A model generated the notes under the pieces. That model made no database searches. It was given only the letters and a program-made list of their open reading frames with translations, and was not told the origin of the DNA. This document shows positions 36,781-49,359 of a stretch of 64,000 nt of DNA, piece after piece. This DNA comes from Chiloscyllium plagiosum (taxonomy: Eukaryota). How positions within the stretch are numbered: position 1 is the first letter of the stretch; each line of letters opens with the position of its first letter. The position numbers and the translations under genes were made by a program. The DNA lies in the NCBI RefSeq assembly GCF_004010195.1, contig NC_057711.1:78505613-78569612 (forward strand), written 5' to 3'.

Positions 36781-38831
36781 AGAAGATTTCAAATGGAAAA
36801 CTAAAATTGTATTGGCCTTTATGGAAACTTGCAGAAAGCAAGCATACACTGTTGGGGTATTATTACCATTTAATGTAGCAAGTATCTACACTATATGAAC
36901 ACTAGAAGTTTAATTGGATATGTGGACATGTCCCTGGCTTACAGAAAATAGGATATGGTATTGGTGTTGTCACTTCTTACAAGATATAACATCAGAAATA
37001 AAGTATTTTGTGAGATGAATGCCTGTAAATCATATAGCAATAAAAGTGATTTGTTATTAGAGTTTTGGAATTAAATCTACAAAAAAAAATGAGATATGTC
37101 TAGTTTTTGCTAAATTTTGGAAAATGTTTGAAAGCCATTTTAGAAAATATAACAGACTTTAGTAGATTGTATCAAAGATTGAAAAAATTCACTTTGAGGA
37201 TTTGAGGGTTAGTGCTGCCAATTAAATTATTGAATTGTGTTCGGGTGTCTCATATGGAAAGGCAATTGGGTCTAAATGGATCTTTTATCTCAATAAGGAA
37301 ATCTGATGGATCACATGTATGCTGCCTTAAAACAAAAGTCCTGAGGAAACAAACATTTTATTTTAGTCTTCATGGAACAAAGATACATCCCACGGTGACA
37401 CAAAGAAGAGAAGACTCAATAAATGCCTGATTTGGAAATAGTCCATAAAATGGATGCAAGTGTCCATGGAATGGAAGGATAAAGACAGGAAAAATAAGAA
37501 TGAAAAGGCAGGTTGGGTTAGTACAGCAGGAGACAAAATACAGAAGACAGATGGACAGGTGTCATAGCAATTAAATCCCTGAAACACTCAAGGAATAAAT
37601 ATTAGGTGCTTCAGATATGATTTGAAGTGCAATCATTTTTAGAAGATCAGTTAATTTACAGTTCATCCAATCAGGCATTATTGCGTCTCTAACAAAATCC
37701 AGTCTTTCTCATTAGAGTATTAGATGATTATTAATGGTTTTGAATGATAAAAATCAGAGAGAGAAAGTAAATTGGCTTAAAGTTACATAGACAATTTGCT
37801 GACCTTCCTTATAAAACGTTAAAAATTCTTCCAAAACATGCATATATTATTGAAGAAGAGTATGCAAAACTATTAGAAAACATTGGCAAGAATTGTGAAA
37901 TCTATGAAGCAATACTAACCAAAGGATGCATTATGTCAAAGTGTATGCCTTCCCCTGACTTTAAAAAGGTGGTGGCTAAAGGACAGATTTTTTTTTGCAT
38001 TTTCTAGACCTAGTTACTGACTTATTTGTTTGACAATAATCCATAGTAAAAACAAAAGGGCTATTTCTGCAAAGATCATGGATAAATTGATAGGGACTTA
38101 GACATGGAATGCTAGTGAATTTGCTAAAGACAAGTTCTTAGTCATGTGGAAGCATGAATATCATGATCGTGAATACAGCAATGGATGTTATGAAAGGAAC
38201 CATGCAATAAATGGTGAAATGTTGCATGAACGTACAGCTGATCAGGTAGGTTGCAAGTTGACAAATGCCCGAATCTTTGTAGTTCATGCAAATAATTCAC
38301 TCTACATAATGGAAAGCATCGATCAATTCGCTGCTGAATGAAACACCACTTTCTAGCTAAAAGTCAGAAAGCACACCAATTAGTAGCATTTTTCTGAAAA
38401 GTATAATATTTCACATACAGGGAGATGGGCTTTCAGCAGAGCTTAGTTCTTGAAAGAAATTTGGAAAGCATTGATGCATATTAAAAGATTGTCTAAGGCA
38501 CACTTAAATTTAAAGGATTTCTTATAATATGAAGATGGGGTTATAGGGAGTGGAAAGGCCCTGGGAAGGTAACAGGCTGTGATGATAAGACAGAACTTAT
38601 TAAAAAGGCTGTCAAGATTCATTTGTTATGATTCATCAGAATTAATTACAAATCTTTGCCTCTGAGATGTAAACAATGCACATTGTACCTCAATATTAAT
38701 GTCTTTTTTGTTGAATGTTCTGAGAAACAGAATGAACTAGACAGGGATATTTTGACAGATTATGACACAGACGTGTCATGTCAATTCACATCCACAGATG
38801 AAATATCCAGGCCAACATAACTTCCTGGAGG

Positions 38832-40151
38832 TCATAGAGTCATAGAGATGGAAAATGCAGAAACAGACACTTTGGTCCAACTCGTCCATGCCGACCAGAT
38901 ATCCCAACCCAATCTAGTCCCACCTGGCCCATATCCCTCCAAACCCTTCCTATTCATGCCTTTTAAATGTTGCAATTATACCAGCCTCCACCACTTCCTC
39001 TGGCAGCTCATTCCATACACATACCACCCTCTGGTTGAAAGATTTTCACCTTAGGTCTCTTTTATATCTTTCTTCTCTCACCCTAAACCTATGCCCTCTA
39101 GTTCTGGACTCCCCCACTCCAGGAAAAGATTTTGTCTGTTTATCTGGCCATGCCTCTCATGATTTTGTAAACCTCTATAAGGTCACCCCTCCGACGCTCA
39201 AGGGAAAACAGCCCTAGCCTTTCAACCTCTCCCTATAGCTCAAATCCTCCAACCCTGCCAACATCCTTGTAAATATTTTCTGAACCCTTTCAAGTTTCAC
39301 AACATCTTTCCGATAAGAAGGAGACCAGAATTGCATGCAATATTCCAACAGTGACCTAACCAATGTCCTGTACAGCCGCAACAGGACCTCCCAACTCCTG
39401 TACTCAATACTCTGACCAATAAAGGAAAGCATACCAAATGCCTTCTTCACTATCCTGTTTACCTGCAACTCCACTTTCAAGGAGCTATGAACCTGCACTC
39501 CAAGGTCTCTTTGTTCAGCAACACTCCCTAGGACCTTACCATTAAGTGTATAAGTCCTGCTAAGATTTGCTTTCCCAAAATGCAGCACCTCACATTTATC
39601 TAAATTAAACTCCCTCTGCCACTTCTCAGCCCATTGGCCCATCTGATCAAAATCCTATTGTAACCTGAGATAAGTTATTTCACTGTCCGCTACACCTCCA
39701 CTTTTGGTGTCATTTGCAAACTTGCTAGCTATATCTCTTATGCTTACATCCAAATCATTTATGTAAATCATGAAAAGTAGAGGACCCAGCACCAATCCAC
39801 TGGTCACAGGCCTCCAGTCTAAAAAACAACCCTTCACCACCACCCTCTGTCTTCTACCTTTGAGCCAGTTCTGTATCCAAATGGCTAGTTCTCCCTGTAT
39901 TCCATGAGATCTAACCTTGCTAACCAGTCTCCCATGGGGAACCTTGTCGAATGCCTTACTGAAGTCCATATAGATCACATCCACCGCTCTGCCCTAATCA
40001 ATCCTTTTTGTTACTTCTTCAAAGAAAAAACTCACTCAAGTTTGTGAGACATGATTTCCCATGCACAAAGCCACGTCGACTATCCTTAATCAGTCCTTGC
40101 CTTTCCAAATACATGAACATCCTGCCCCTCAAGACTCTCTCCAACAACTTG
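38832..40151 (-). mobile_element. CR1 LINE RT/3' fragment nested in the copia relic
   Basis: DVIYMDFSKAFDKVPH, LGPLLFMIYINDLD, SKFANDTK and EYCMQFWSP. Confidence 0.93.
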
Positions 40152-40152
40152 T

Positions 40153-40180
40153 GTTGAGGTTGAGGTTGAGGTTGAGGTTA
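40153..40180. repeat. (GTTGAG)n short tandem repeat
   Basis: GTTGAGGTTGAGGTTGAGGTTGAGGTT. Confidence 0.8.
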
Positions 40181-40406
40181 GTGAATGGAGAATGAAATAA
40201 CTGTGGGATGCATAGGAAAAGCTGTAGCCAAGTTGAAATATGTTTTTTGTTTATTTATTTGTGGGATGTGGGTGCTGCTGGCTGGTCTGCATTTATTGCC
40301 CATCCCGAGCTGCCCTTGAGAAGGTGGTAGTGAGCTGCCTTCTTGATCCATTGCATTCCACCTGTTATATATTAACTCACAATGCCATTAGGGATGGAAT
40401 GTTGAA

Positions 40407-40706
40407 TGATTCCCTACAGTGTGGAAACAGGCCCTTCAGCCCAACAAGTCCACACCGACCCTCCAAAGAGTTACCCACCCAGACTCATTTCCCTACATTT
40501 GCCCTGGACTAATGCACCTAACACTAAGGGCAATTTAGCATGGCCAATTCACCTGGCTGGCACATCTTTGGACTGTGGGAGGAAACCCATGCAGACATGG
40601 GGAGAATGTGCAAACTCCACACAGACAGTTGCCCAAGTCTGGAATTGAACCGTGTCCCTGGCGCTGTGAGGCAGCAGTGCTAACCACTGAGCCACCATGT
40701 CGCCCA
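40407..40706 (-). mobile_element. tRNA-derived SINE (HE1/V-SINE-like)
   Basis: Reverse-complement homologue of 11744-12032. Confidence 0.88.
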
Positions 40707-41197
40707 AGAAAATTTTTCATGAAGTGAAAGAGTGAAGAGTAAGTGAACATAGTGCAAGTACTGAAACCGAGTCCAGCAGTGACACTTATATCAGAAAATG
40801 ATCATACATTGGAGAAAGGAGCTGCTGGTGGTGAAGGAGAGGGAACTTTCAGTTGTAGTTTTGCCAGACCTAACAATGAAGAATAGGCTATAGCTTGAAT
40901 ATGTATATTAGACAATAAAATAGAGACCAGAGAACTCACATAACAGAACCAGAAGCAGACATTCTAATAGTGGTGGCTGCTAGTAAATCTGAGGATAAAT
41001 TAATAAGAGAGGCTAAATGATTGCTGGAAAGAAGTTGGAATCTATTCTGAAGTATCAGTGATGAAGTAAACATCTTTTGACATTTAGTTGGACTTTTAGT
41101 GAAAGGTGTTTACAGATGGGAAGCTAGTTGTAAGGAGTTCTGAAGAGTAGCTGAGTGATATAGATATTAGAGTGAATTTTCCTACAACTGGTATAGA

Positions 41198-41720
41198 AAT
41201 GCTGTGGTTCTGTTCGCCGAGCTGGAAGTTTTTGTTGCAAACGTTTTGTCCCCTGTCTAGGTGACATCCTCAGTGCTTGGGAGCCTCCTGTGAAGCGCTT
41301 CTGTGGTGTTTCCTCCGGCATTTATAGTGGCCTGTCCCTGCTGCTTCCGGTTGTCAGTTTCAGCTGTCCGCTGTAGTGGCCGGTATATTGGGTCCAGGTC
41401 TATGTGTTTGTTGATGGAGTTTGTGGATGAGTGCCAAGCTTCTAGGAATTCCCTGGCTGTTCTTTATTTCGCTTGCCCTATAATGGTAGTATTTGTCCCA
41501 GTCAAATTCGTGTTGCTTGTCGTCTGCGCGTGTGGCTACTAGGGATAGCTGGTCATATCGTTTCGTGGCTAGTTGATGTTCGTGGATGCGGATCGTTAGC
41601 TGTCTTCCTGTTTGTCCTATATAGTGTTTTGTGCAGTCCTTGCATGGGAATTTGTACTCTACGTTAGTTTTGCTCATGCTGGGTATCGGGTCCTTCGTTT
41701 TGGTGAGTTGTTGTCTGAGA
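41198..41720 (-). mobile_element. Penelope-like element 3' fragment with GIY-YIG endonuclease (family 2)
   Basis: NVEYKFPCKDCTKHYIGQTGRQLTIRIHEH. Homologous to 19516-19882. Hammerhead-like core at about 41240-41273. Confidence 0.85.
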
Positions 41721-43249
41721 GTCTCACAAACTTTGGTATAGTAATATTAAAAATGTTCTTAGATATTTTTGTCACATACTCATGGAAGTGACTTCTATTG
41801 TGTTATGTCTCACAGTAGATGTAAACTATATTTCTATGGACGTGCCCACATTGTCATTACCATATCATAGCATATGATATAATGGTATAAAGATCGCAGT
41901 CCCCATATAATAAAAGTTCATTGAATTCTTCATTACTGCATGACCCACATCTTATCCTTATATTGCAAGAGGGTATGTAAGAGAAAAGACATGGTAATGG
42001 CAGATAATCAGTATATTATGTCACAACTCATCTTGCTACTATCTTGCACCATGTTGACAGTGTGATAGTAAACACCGTTATAGCTACTTAGAAAATAATC
42101 CTCACTGAAGATTAGACAGCTTTAGATAATAAAGCATTTGGATAACCAACCACAATAAATTTATGTGAATACATATCTCCAACTCAAACAGCCTGAAGAC
42201 AGACTTACCTTCTTTCAAACAATTTTCAAGATGTATTAAGCTAGAAGCTCTGTATTGTTGTTACAAGATAAAAATAAGTTTCAGCTTGCTCCAAATATAG
42301 AAGTTAAGATATAGCTATCAAAAGGTTTTATAGAAATTTAAAGGTAAAATTAGCAGCTAAATTACTTTTTACAGGATTAAAGCTAACATTGAGAGTCAAC
42401 TGTCAGTTTAACTATACAGTCCTCCTAGTTGGAAAGAAATAAGCGAAATACTAAAATGTGATTTGTTAACCTACAGAAGCTTATCTGTGTGCGGTGGTCT
42501 GTTGGTTCCACCATTTTGTCTCTTTCAGTTTGGCGCTAGTACTGGTATGACATCATCATTCCTTATTTGGTGAAAACTCCCCCTTGTGGGTGAAACCTGC
42601 TGTTACAAGGTTGTTTTTGAAGAAACAATGCACTGTCTGAAAAATATCTAACAGAGATGACAATGTAAAGTAAAAGTAGGAAAGAAACACAAAAGGACAG
42701 AACAGTAAACCAATTAAAAGAGGGACACAAATAAACCCTGCACTGTCTTTCAATAAAACAAGAAGTGACAAACCTTCACCAAAAAGTAGAAGGCAAGTAT
42801 TCAACGATGGATTGAGTAGTGAGGGCATCTACACCAAAGTATAGCTACTTAAGTAATATATGCAGATTTACTTTGCAAATTAAGCCATAATTAAGCTGCG
42901 AGGATAATTTTTAATATGTTATTTGCTATCAGCAATGAGAGCTTCACCAAATAAATACATCTAATCTTTCTGGAGACAAGAAGAAAATATCAGAGAAGTT
43001 TTACGAAGTACTCAAGGACCAGTTTGAGGTATGCGTCAAGTTCTGAGCCAACACATTCTAACTCATGTCATGTAGACAGAAAGCCCAAAAGTCTATTGAC
43101 AACTTTGTAGCCATATGCTGCTGCAAAGTGCATGAGTGTGATTTCTCTGAAGAAGAGCTCGCAGCAAAGTTAATCAAGTTGGTAATTGCCTCCTCTCTGA
43201 TCAAAGACTAATGGAATGATCCTCTAGACAACAGAAAGGCCCATACCAT

Positions 43250-44350
43250 TAATGCATGGCTGTAAAATAGGTGCCAGATGAAACTATAGTGCCAGACTAC
43301 CATCAATTTGGGTGCAGACAAAACTATTGCATTAGTCAGCTAAGTGCACCAAACCAGCAAGGTCTTTCATAAATGTGTTTCTCAATACATACTTAGATGT
43401 ATTCCTCAACATTGACTCCAGGCCCAATGAAGTCACATGGCATCAAGTCAAACGTGGATCAGGAAATCTCCTGCTGATGAACACATACTGCCTTTTCTTA
43501 GCTGATAAATCAGCACTCCTCTATGTTCAACAGTTTGAAGAAAGCCCTGAAAGTGGTAGGACACAGAATGTAATCTGGGTGGTGGACTTCAATGATTAAG
43601 AACACAGCTGCTAGACTAAGTCTGCAGCAGGTGTTGAAAAAACCAACAAGAGGAAAAACAAAACTTGACATCATCCTCTTAAATCTTCCTGTTGCAAATG
43701 TATCTATCTATGATGGCATCAGTAAGAATGACCATCGCACAGTCATTGTGGAGACAAAGTCCCAACTTCACATTGAGAACAGTCACTGTGTTATGTGGCT
43801 CTGCCATTGTACTGAATGAGATTGACTTTGAACAGATCTCGCATCTTAAGATTGTGCATCCATGAGGCATGTGGACCACACCGCAATTTTATAGCAGCAG
43901 AATTGACATCACGTAAAATCTGCAACCTCTTGACACTGTGTATCTTCCAAACTATCATTACCATCAAGCCAGGAGATTAATCCTGGTTCAATGAAGAGTA
44001 TAGGAGGGCATGCCATGAGCAACACCAGGCACATCTAAGTTATGAGGTGTCAACCTGGTGAAGCTGCAAAAAAGGATTAAAAGCCAAATATTGTCGATGC
44101 TGGAAATCTGAAATAATCACAGAATGTTCAACAGGTCTGGCAGCTTCTGTGGAGAGAGAAACAAAGTTAATGTTTTGCCTCTGCTATGACTCTTCTTCAG
44201 AACTTGTGTGCCAAACACCATAGCAGCATATGATAGAAAATGATGCCATAATCAACAGGTCAGATGTAAGTCCTCTGCCATTCTTCCACATGCAGTCATG
44301 AACAGTGGTGGGCAATTTAACAACGAACTGGAGGAGGAAGATCGACAAAT
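43250..44350 (+). mobile_element. Decayed CR1/L2-clade LINE, endonuclease region
   Basis: NVIWVVDFN, LQQVLKKPTRGKTKLDIIL..DGISKNDHRTVIVE and PWFNEE. Contains a small pseudo-LTR-like insert near 44080-44203. Confidence 0.65.
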
Positions 44351-44368
44351 AGACTAATACCTGGAATG

Positions 44369-44802
44369 GTGGAAGAACGCCTCATCTTCCGCCTTGGAAC
44401 ACTTCAACTCCAGGGCATCAATGTGGACTTCAACAGTTTCCTCATTTCCCCTTCCCCCACCTCACCCTAGTTCCAAACTTCCAGCTCAGCACTGTCCCCA
44501 TGACTTGTCTGGACTTGTCCTACCTGCCTATCTCCTTTTCCACCTATCCACTCCACCCTCTCCTCCCTGACCTATCACCTTCATCCCCTCCCCCACTCAC
44601 CCATTGTACTCTATGCTACTTTCTCCCCACCCCCACCCTCCTCTAGCTTATCTCTCCACACTTCAGGCTCACTGCCTTTATTCCTGATGAAGGGCTTTTG
44701 CCCGAAACGTCGATTTCGCTGCTCCTTGGATGCTGCCTGAACTGCTGTGCTCTTCCAGCATCACTAATCCAGAATCTGGTTTCCAGCATCTGCAGTCATT
44801 GT
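44369..44802 (+). mobile_element. Penelope-like element 3' end (ORF C-terminus, 3'UTR, pseudo-LTR)
   Basis: EERLIFRLGTLQLQGINVDFNSF. 14-bp TSD TAATACCTGGAATG at 44355-44368 and 44803-44816. Confidence 0.85.
44684..44711 (+). ncRNA. Minimal type I hammerhead ribozyme motif (family 1)
   Basis: CTGATGAAGGGCTTTTGCCCGAAACGTC, identical to 4137-4164. Confidence 0.8.
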
Positions 44803-46304
44803 TAATACCTGGAATGAATAGATTGCCTTATGAGAAAGGACAAAACAGGCTTGACCTGTATCCTCTGGAGATTAGAAAAGTCAGAGGTGACTTAATTGAA
44901 ACATAAAACATCATCTCCTGATTTCTGAGGGTCTTTACTGGGTAGATGCTGAAAGCACATTTCTTCTTGTGGGAGAATCAAGAACTAGGGGTCACAACAA
45001 GCTTCCTCTGTGCTGGGTATGACCCCATCCAGTGGAGAGCCTTTCTCCTGATTCTCATTGACTCCAGTTTTTCTAATGATAATGTCATCCTTGCATTTAT
45101 ATTTGAGGATGAATAGAATAGTAGAGGTATGGAGTAATCACATGGGTTTGATGGAATGGCATGGTTTAGGGATTTAATGAAGTATCATTCTACCAAAAAT
45201 ATTAATTTCATGGCAATTTTGCTACTCTATGTTGTTTTTTGCGTGATTATCTCTTACAAAATTGAAAAACAAATGTGGGTAACAGGCATTGAAGTATCCA
45301 ATCAGCCATAATCGTATTAAATGGCAGAGAGCTTACCTTCCTATATTTCTTACATTTTCACTTTTCTCCAGTTCAACATGTCATCATTACATTCATGTCG
45401 AGCAGAGGTGACAAAAAGATACATTAGACATCAACAACTCAGTAGAAGCACATTTATATAAGTTTACCAGAGATTATGGGCCATTTTGAAAAGAGAAGAT
45501 AGACTTGGAGGATGGATTACAGAGGAGATTTACATGGAGTTTAGGACACTTGGTTGTAACAGACTTTTGCATAGAAGCTCTGAAAGGAAACAGTTCATGG
45601 GAATTGCAAGCAAAAAAATAGAAATTTAATCAATGACGCAGAATATCAACAGTGAAGAGGAATGTGGTTTCTGAGAACCTGAGTAGATGCAAGCATTAAA
45701 GAAAAAGTGGGGTGCTGCGAAGCTGTCCAGCAAAAGGTTTGGGCTCTGAATATGGGCTTAGTACTGAATATTGACCTAGATCTGCAGATGGCCAAATTCA
45801 GAAGAATACTGCAATTGCTGTTCAGTGGCTCAATGAAGTTCCCCACCAGAACACAGCAAAATTTCTTCACGGCAAGAACCAGAAATATTGACATGGAGGA
45901 TTCATAGAAAAGGTACAGCTGAAGAGACTGTCCACATATTTCAGATAGAGTGTCCAGATTTGCTGTGGAACAGTAAGGTAGAATTAAATGCATCCATCAA
46001 ATCTTTTGCCCATGGGTTGGCATATTTCAATTGGTTCCTATTTAAACCCTAAAACACTGAGTTCAAGTATTTTGTTTATATATTTTGAAGCTATTAAGTG
46101 TTTTCCCTCCTTCCTTCTGTCTTTTTTCTCTTTTTATACCTCTCTCTCTTTCAGCACATCTGTATCTTCTCTATCACTAGATATTTCGGTACCCACGTTT
46201 CATTTTCTCCCTTATTGTATTTCCCCTTCACCTAAATCTCTTGCTTTCCTCCCTTAAATATTCACTTTATTTCATGTTTATTTTTAGCTTACAAAGTTTT
46301 CTTC

Positions 46305-47038
46305 AATGTGGAGGTGTCAGTATTGGACTGGGATGGACAAAGTTAAAAATCACATAGCACCAGGTTATAGTCTAACAGGTTTATTTGGAAGTGCTAGCTT
46401 TTGGAACGCTGTTCCATCACCAGGTAGCTTTGATAGAGGATCATAAGACATTGGATCAATAGCAAAAGTGTCATGCAACTGAAATGATGTATTGAACTAA
46501 CCTAAATTCCTGTTAAGTCTTTCGTCTTTTAGAATGAGTTACAGGTATCGGTTCTTTAATATGTAAATCCCAGCATTTCTTTTAAGAATCCCACATTCCT
46601 GAGACGGATGGTTTTATAAAAAAAGGGTGACGTCTCAGCTCAGGCAATACGTTAAAGGTGTGAGGTTAGAGCCTGTCTGTATCCCAATCTTGTGAGAGAC
46701 TGGTTTTATTTTCAAAGTAGGAATTAATAAACTATTTCATGGATTGACTGCCTGTATTGACTGCCTGCACATTATGTGTTTTTTGAGCAAAATTGAATGA
46801 TTCTGCAAATATAATTCTTCAAATGTAAATTCACCCCATAGATTTATATGTGTGTGCATGCATGCGTGTGAGAGAGAGAGTGTGTGTGCATGTGAGTGTG
46901 TGCATGTGAGTGCATGTGACAGAGTGTGTATTTGCGTGTCGCATACTTGGTAAAGTGTGTGTGTGAGTGTGATGGAGTATCCACCTATGAGAGGACATGT
47001 GCATGGGTGTGAGTATGGGATTGTATGTGTGTGTGTAT
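46305..47038 (-). mobile_element. Penelope-type 3' region (family 3) with TG-rich low-complexity tract
   Basis: 46305-46480 is the reverse-complement homologue of about 55015-55190. TG-rich tract at about 46848-47036. Confidence 0.6.
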
Positions 47039-47039
47039 G

Positions 47040-47365
47040 AACCTGACAGAAAAGATTGAAAGAGATTATAACTGGGATGAGAGGGGTCTTTGATGATGAT
47101 GGCTGCCTTTCTGAGGCAGTGAGAAGTGTAGATCAAGTCATGGATGGATGGTTGGCTTGCTTGATGGACTAGGCTATGTTCATAATGCCCTGTAGTTTCT
47201 TACAGTCGTGAGCAGAGCAGTTTCCTGAGCAAACTGTGATGCATCCAGATAGAATGTTTTCTGTGGTGCATCTGTAAAAGTTGATGAGAGTCTTTATTTC
47301 CTGAATTTCCTTAGCCTCCTGAGGAAGAAGAGGTGTTGTGCCTTCTCGACTATCGGATCAAGGTG
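47040..47365 (-). mobile_element. Rex1/Babar LINE 3' fragment
   Basis: IYTSHCLRKAAIIIKDPSHPSYNLFQSFLSG, a typical Rex-Babar C-terminal motif. Confidence 0.65.
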
Positions 47366-47491
47366 GGATTGCAACAACCTTCAGCCAGAAGTGCCAAGTG
47401 AATTATCCATCTTGGCCTCTTCTAAAGGTTTCCAGCATCATAGATGCCAGTGTACAGCCAATTCTATTTCTCCATATAATGGAAAGAAACA

Positions 47492-47800
47492 GATTAGATT
47501 AGACAGTGTGGAAACAGGCCCTTCGGCCCAACAAGTTCACACCGACCATCCGAAGAGTAACCCACCCAGATCCATTTCCCTCTAACTAATGCATCTAATA
47601 CTATGGGCAATTTAGCATGGCCAATTCACCTGACTGGCACATCTTTGGACTGTGGGAGGAAACCGGAGCACCCGGAGGAAACCCATGCAGGCACGGGGAG
47701 AATGTGCAAACTCCACACAGCCAGTTGCCCAAGGATGAAATCGAACCTGGGTTCCTGGTGCTGTGAGGCGGCAGTGCTAATCACTGAGTCATCGTGCCAC
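47492..47800 (-). mobile_element. tRNA-derived SINE (HE1/V-SINE-like)
   Basis: Homologous to the other copies. (ATTAG)n tail. Confidence 0.88.
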
Positions 47801-49330
47801 TCTGTTCGTCTGAAGGCCACTGGCCATGACACCATTCCTACAGTAACACTGAACACTGAATACGTGTCATGTGCCTAGCCAAACTGTTCCAGCGCAGCAA
47901 GAATATTGAATTCTATCTGACAATGGGGATAATTATCCAATATGTCCTGTACACTTAAATTGAAACAATTCTAACAATTATTACCCCGTCATTGTACTCT
48001 CGGTCATCAGTAAGGTGATAGAGAGTGTTATCAACAGTGCTTTCAGGCAGTAATTGCTTAGCTATAACCTGCTCACAGATGTTCAGTTTAAGTTCCGCCA
48101 AGACCACTCATCTCCTGATTTCATTACAGCCTTAATTCAAACATGGTTGAAAGAGTTGGATTTCACAGGGAAGGTTAAAATGACTGCATTCAACCAAATG
48201 TGACATCAAAGAACCTGAGCAAAACTGGACTCAATAGGAATCAAGGAAAACTCTTCTGGAAGAAGTCATAATTGGCACGAAGAAAGATGGTTGTGATGGT
48301 CAGAAGTCAGTTATCTCAGCTCCGAGACATCTTTGCATGAGGTCCTCAGGGTAGAAACTCTCTTTGCCCACCCATCAATGACCTTCCCCCCCCATCGTAA
48401 AGTTAGAAATGGGAATGTTTACTGATGACTGCACAATGTTTAGCATTATTTGTGACTCCATAAATACTGAAGCAGTCGATGTGCAAATGCAGCAAGGCCT
48501 GGACAATATCCAGGTTTGGGCTGCAAAGTGGTAAATAACATCTGCACCATACAAGTACCAGGCAATGACTATTTGTAACAAGGCCATTTGTAGAATCTAA
48601 CTATCATCCTTGATGTTCTGTTGCATTACCATCACAGAATCCCCCAACATCAACATCATGTCATTGGTCAGAAACTGATCTGAGCTATCCATAGATATTA
48701 TGTGGTTATAAAGCAGGTCAGGGGCTAGGAATGATACAATGAGTAACTTACCTCCTGATGTCTCAAACCCATCCATCATCTAGAAGACACAAATGTGGCC
48801 TGTGATGGAACACACCCTGTTTGACGGGATGTGTGCAGCTCTGAATAACTTAAGAAGTTTGACATCATGTAGGACAAAGCAACCCATTTAATTGGCACCA
48901 CATCCAAGGTGACAGCAGTGGAGCAGCAGCGTTTGGACCCGAATCCTGAGCTCGTGATTCATCCGCTTCTGTCTGCCTTTCTATGTTTTCCCCTTTTTTC
49001 CTCTTTCTTTTACTTTTACTGTTTCTTTTTTCCCTTTTTTGGCAGGAGAGGTTTCTTTCGATCAGAAGTTAGGAAGGTTGCAGTGGGTAACTCACCTCCT
49101 GACTCCCTGAAGCCTGTCCACAAAAAGTGGACAGTAAAGCAAGACACAAGTCAGGAGTGTGATGGAATACTCCCCACTTGCCTGGATGGGTGCAAACCCA
49201 ACAACACTTAAGAAGCTTGACACCATCCAGGACAAAGCAGCCCGCTTGAATCGCACCACATCCACAAATTTCCACTCCCTCAATATTCAGTACCTACAGG
49301 GTATACTATCTATAACATGCACTGCAGAAA
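47801..49330 (+). mobile_element. Decayed CR1/L2-clade LINE RT and 3' fragments
   Basis: INDLP..MFTDDCTMF..MQQGLDNI and VMEYSPLAWMGANPTTLKKLDTIQDKAARL. An unidentified insert lies at about 48908-49085. Confidence 0.7.
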
Positions 49331-49359
49331 TTCCCCATTATTGGTGGGAATCACTCACG

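Larger units (their letters stand above)
36900..41195 (+). mobile_element. Ty1/copia LTR retrotransposon relic (probably GalEa-like): gag-(protease deleted)-integrase-RT start
   Basis: gag SVLPIKLLNCVRVSHMERQL and knuckle remnant NP*NTQG..RCFR. Integrase KLHRQFA (37780)..CEI..DFKKVVA..FLHFLDLVT..NGCYERNHA. RT start near 41005-41190: IREAK..CWKEVGIYSEV..LVVRSSEE..DIRVNFPTTG. IN-before-RT order. Confidence 0.72.

Noticed and set aside
40153..40180. (GTTGAG)n as interstitial telomeric repeat
   Set aside because: The unit is not TTAGGG and there are only about four copies.
41721..42450. Continuation of the copia RT/RNase H after the Penelope insertion
   Set aside because: Only vague resemblance; no convincing YVDD or RNase H motif could be read.
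45646..45993. 115-aa and 66-aa ORFs in apparently unique sequence
   Set aside because: No recognisable motif or splice structure; consistent with chance ORFs.
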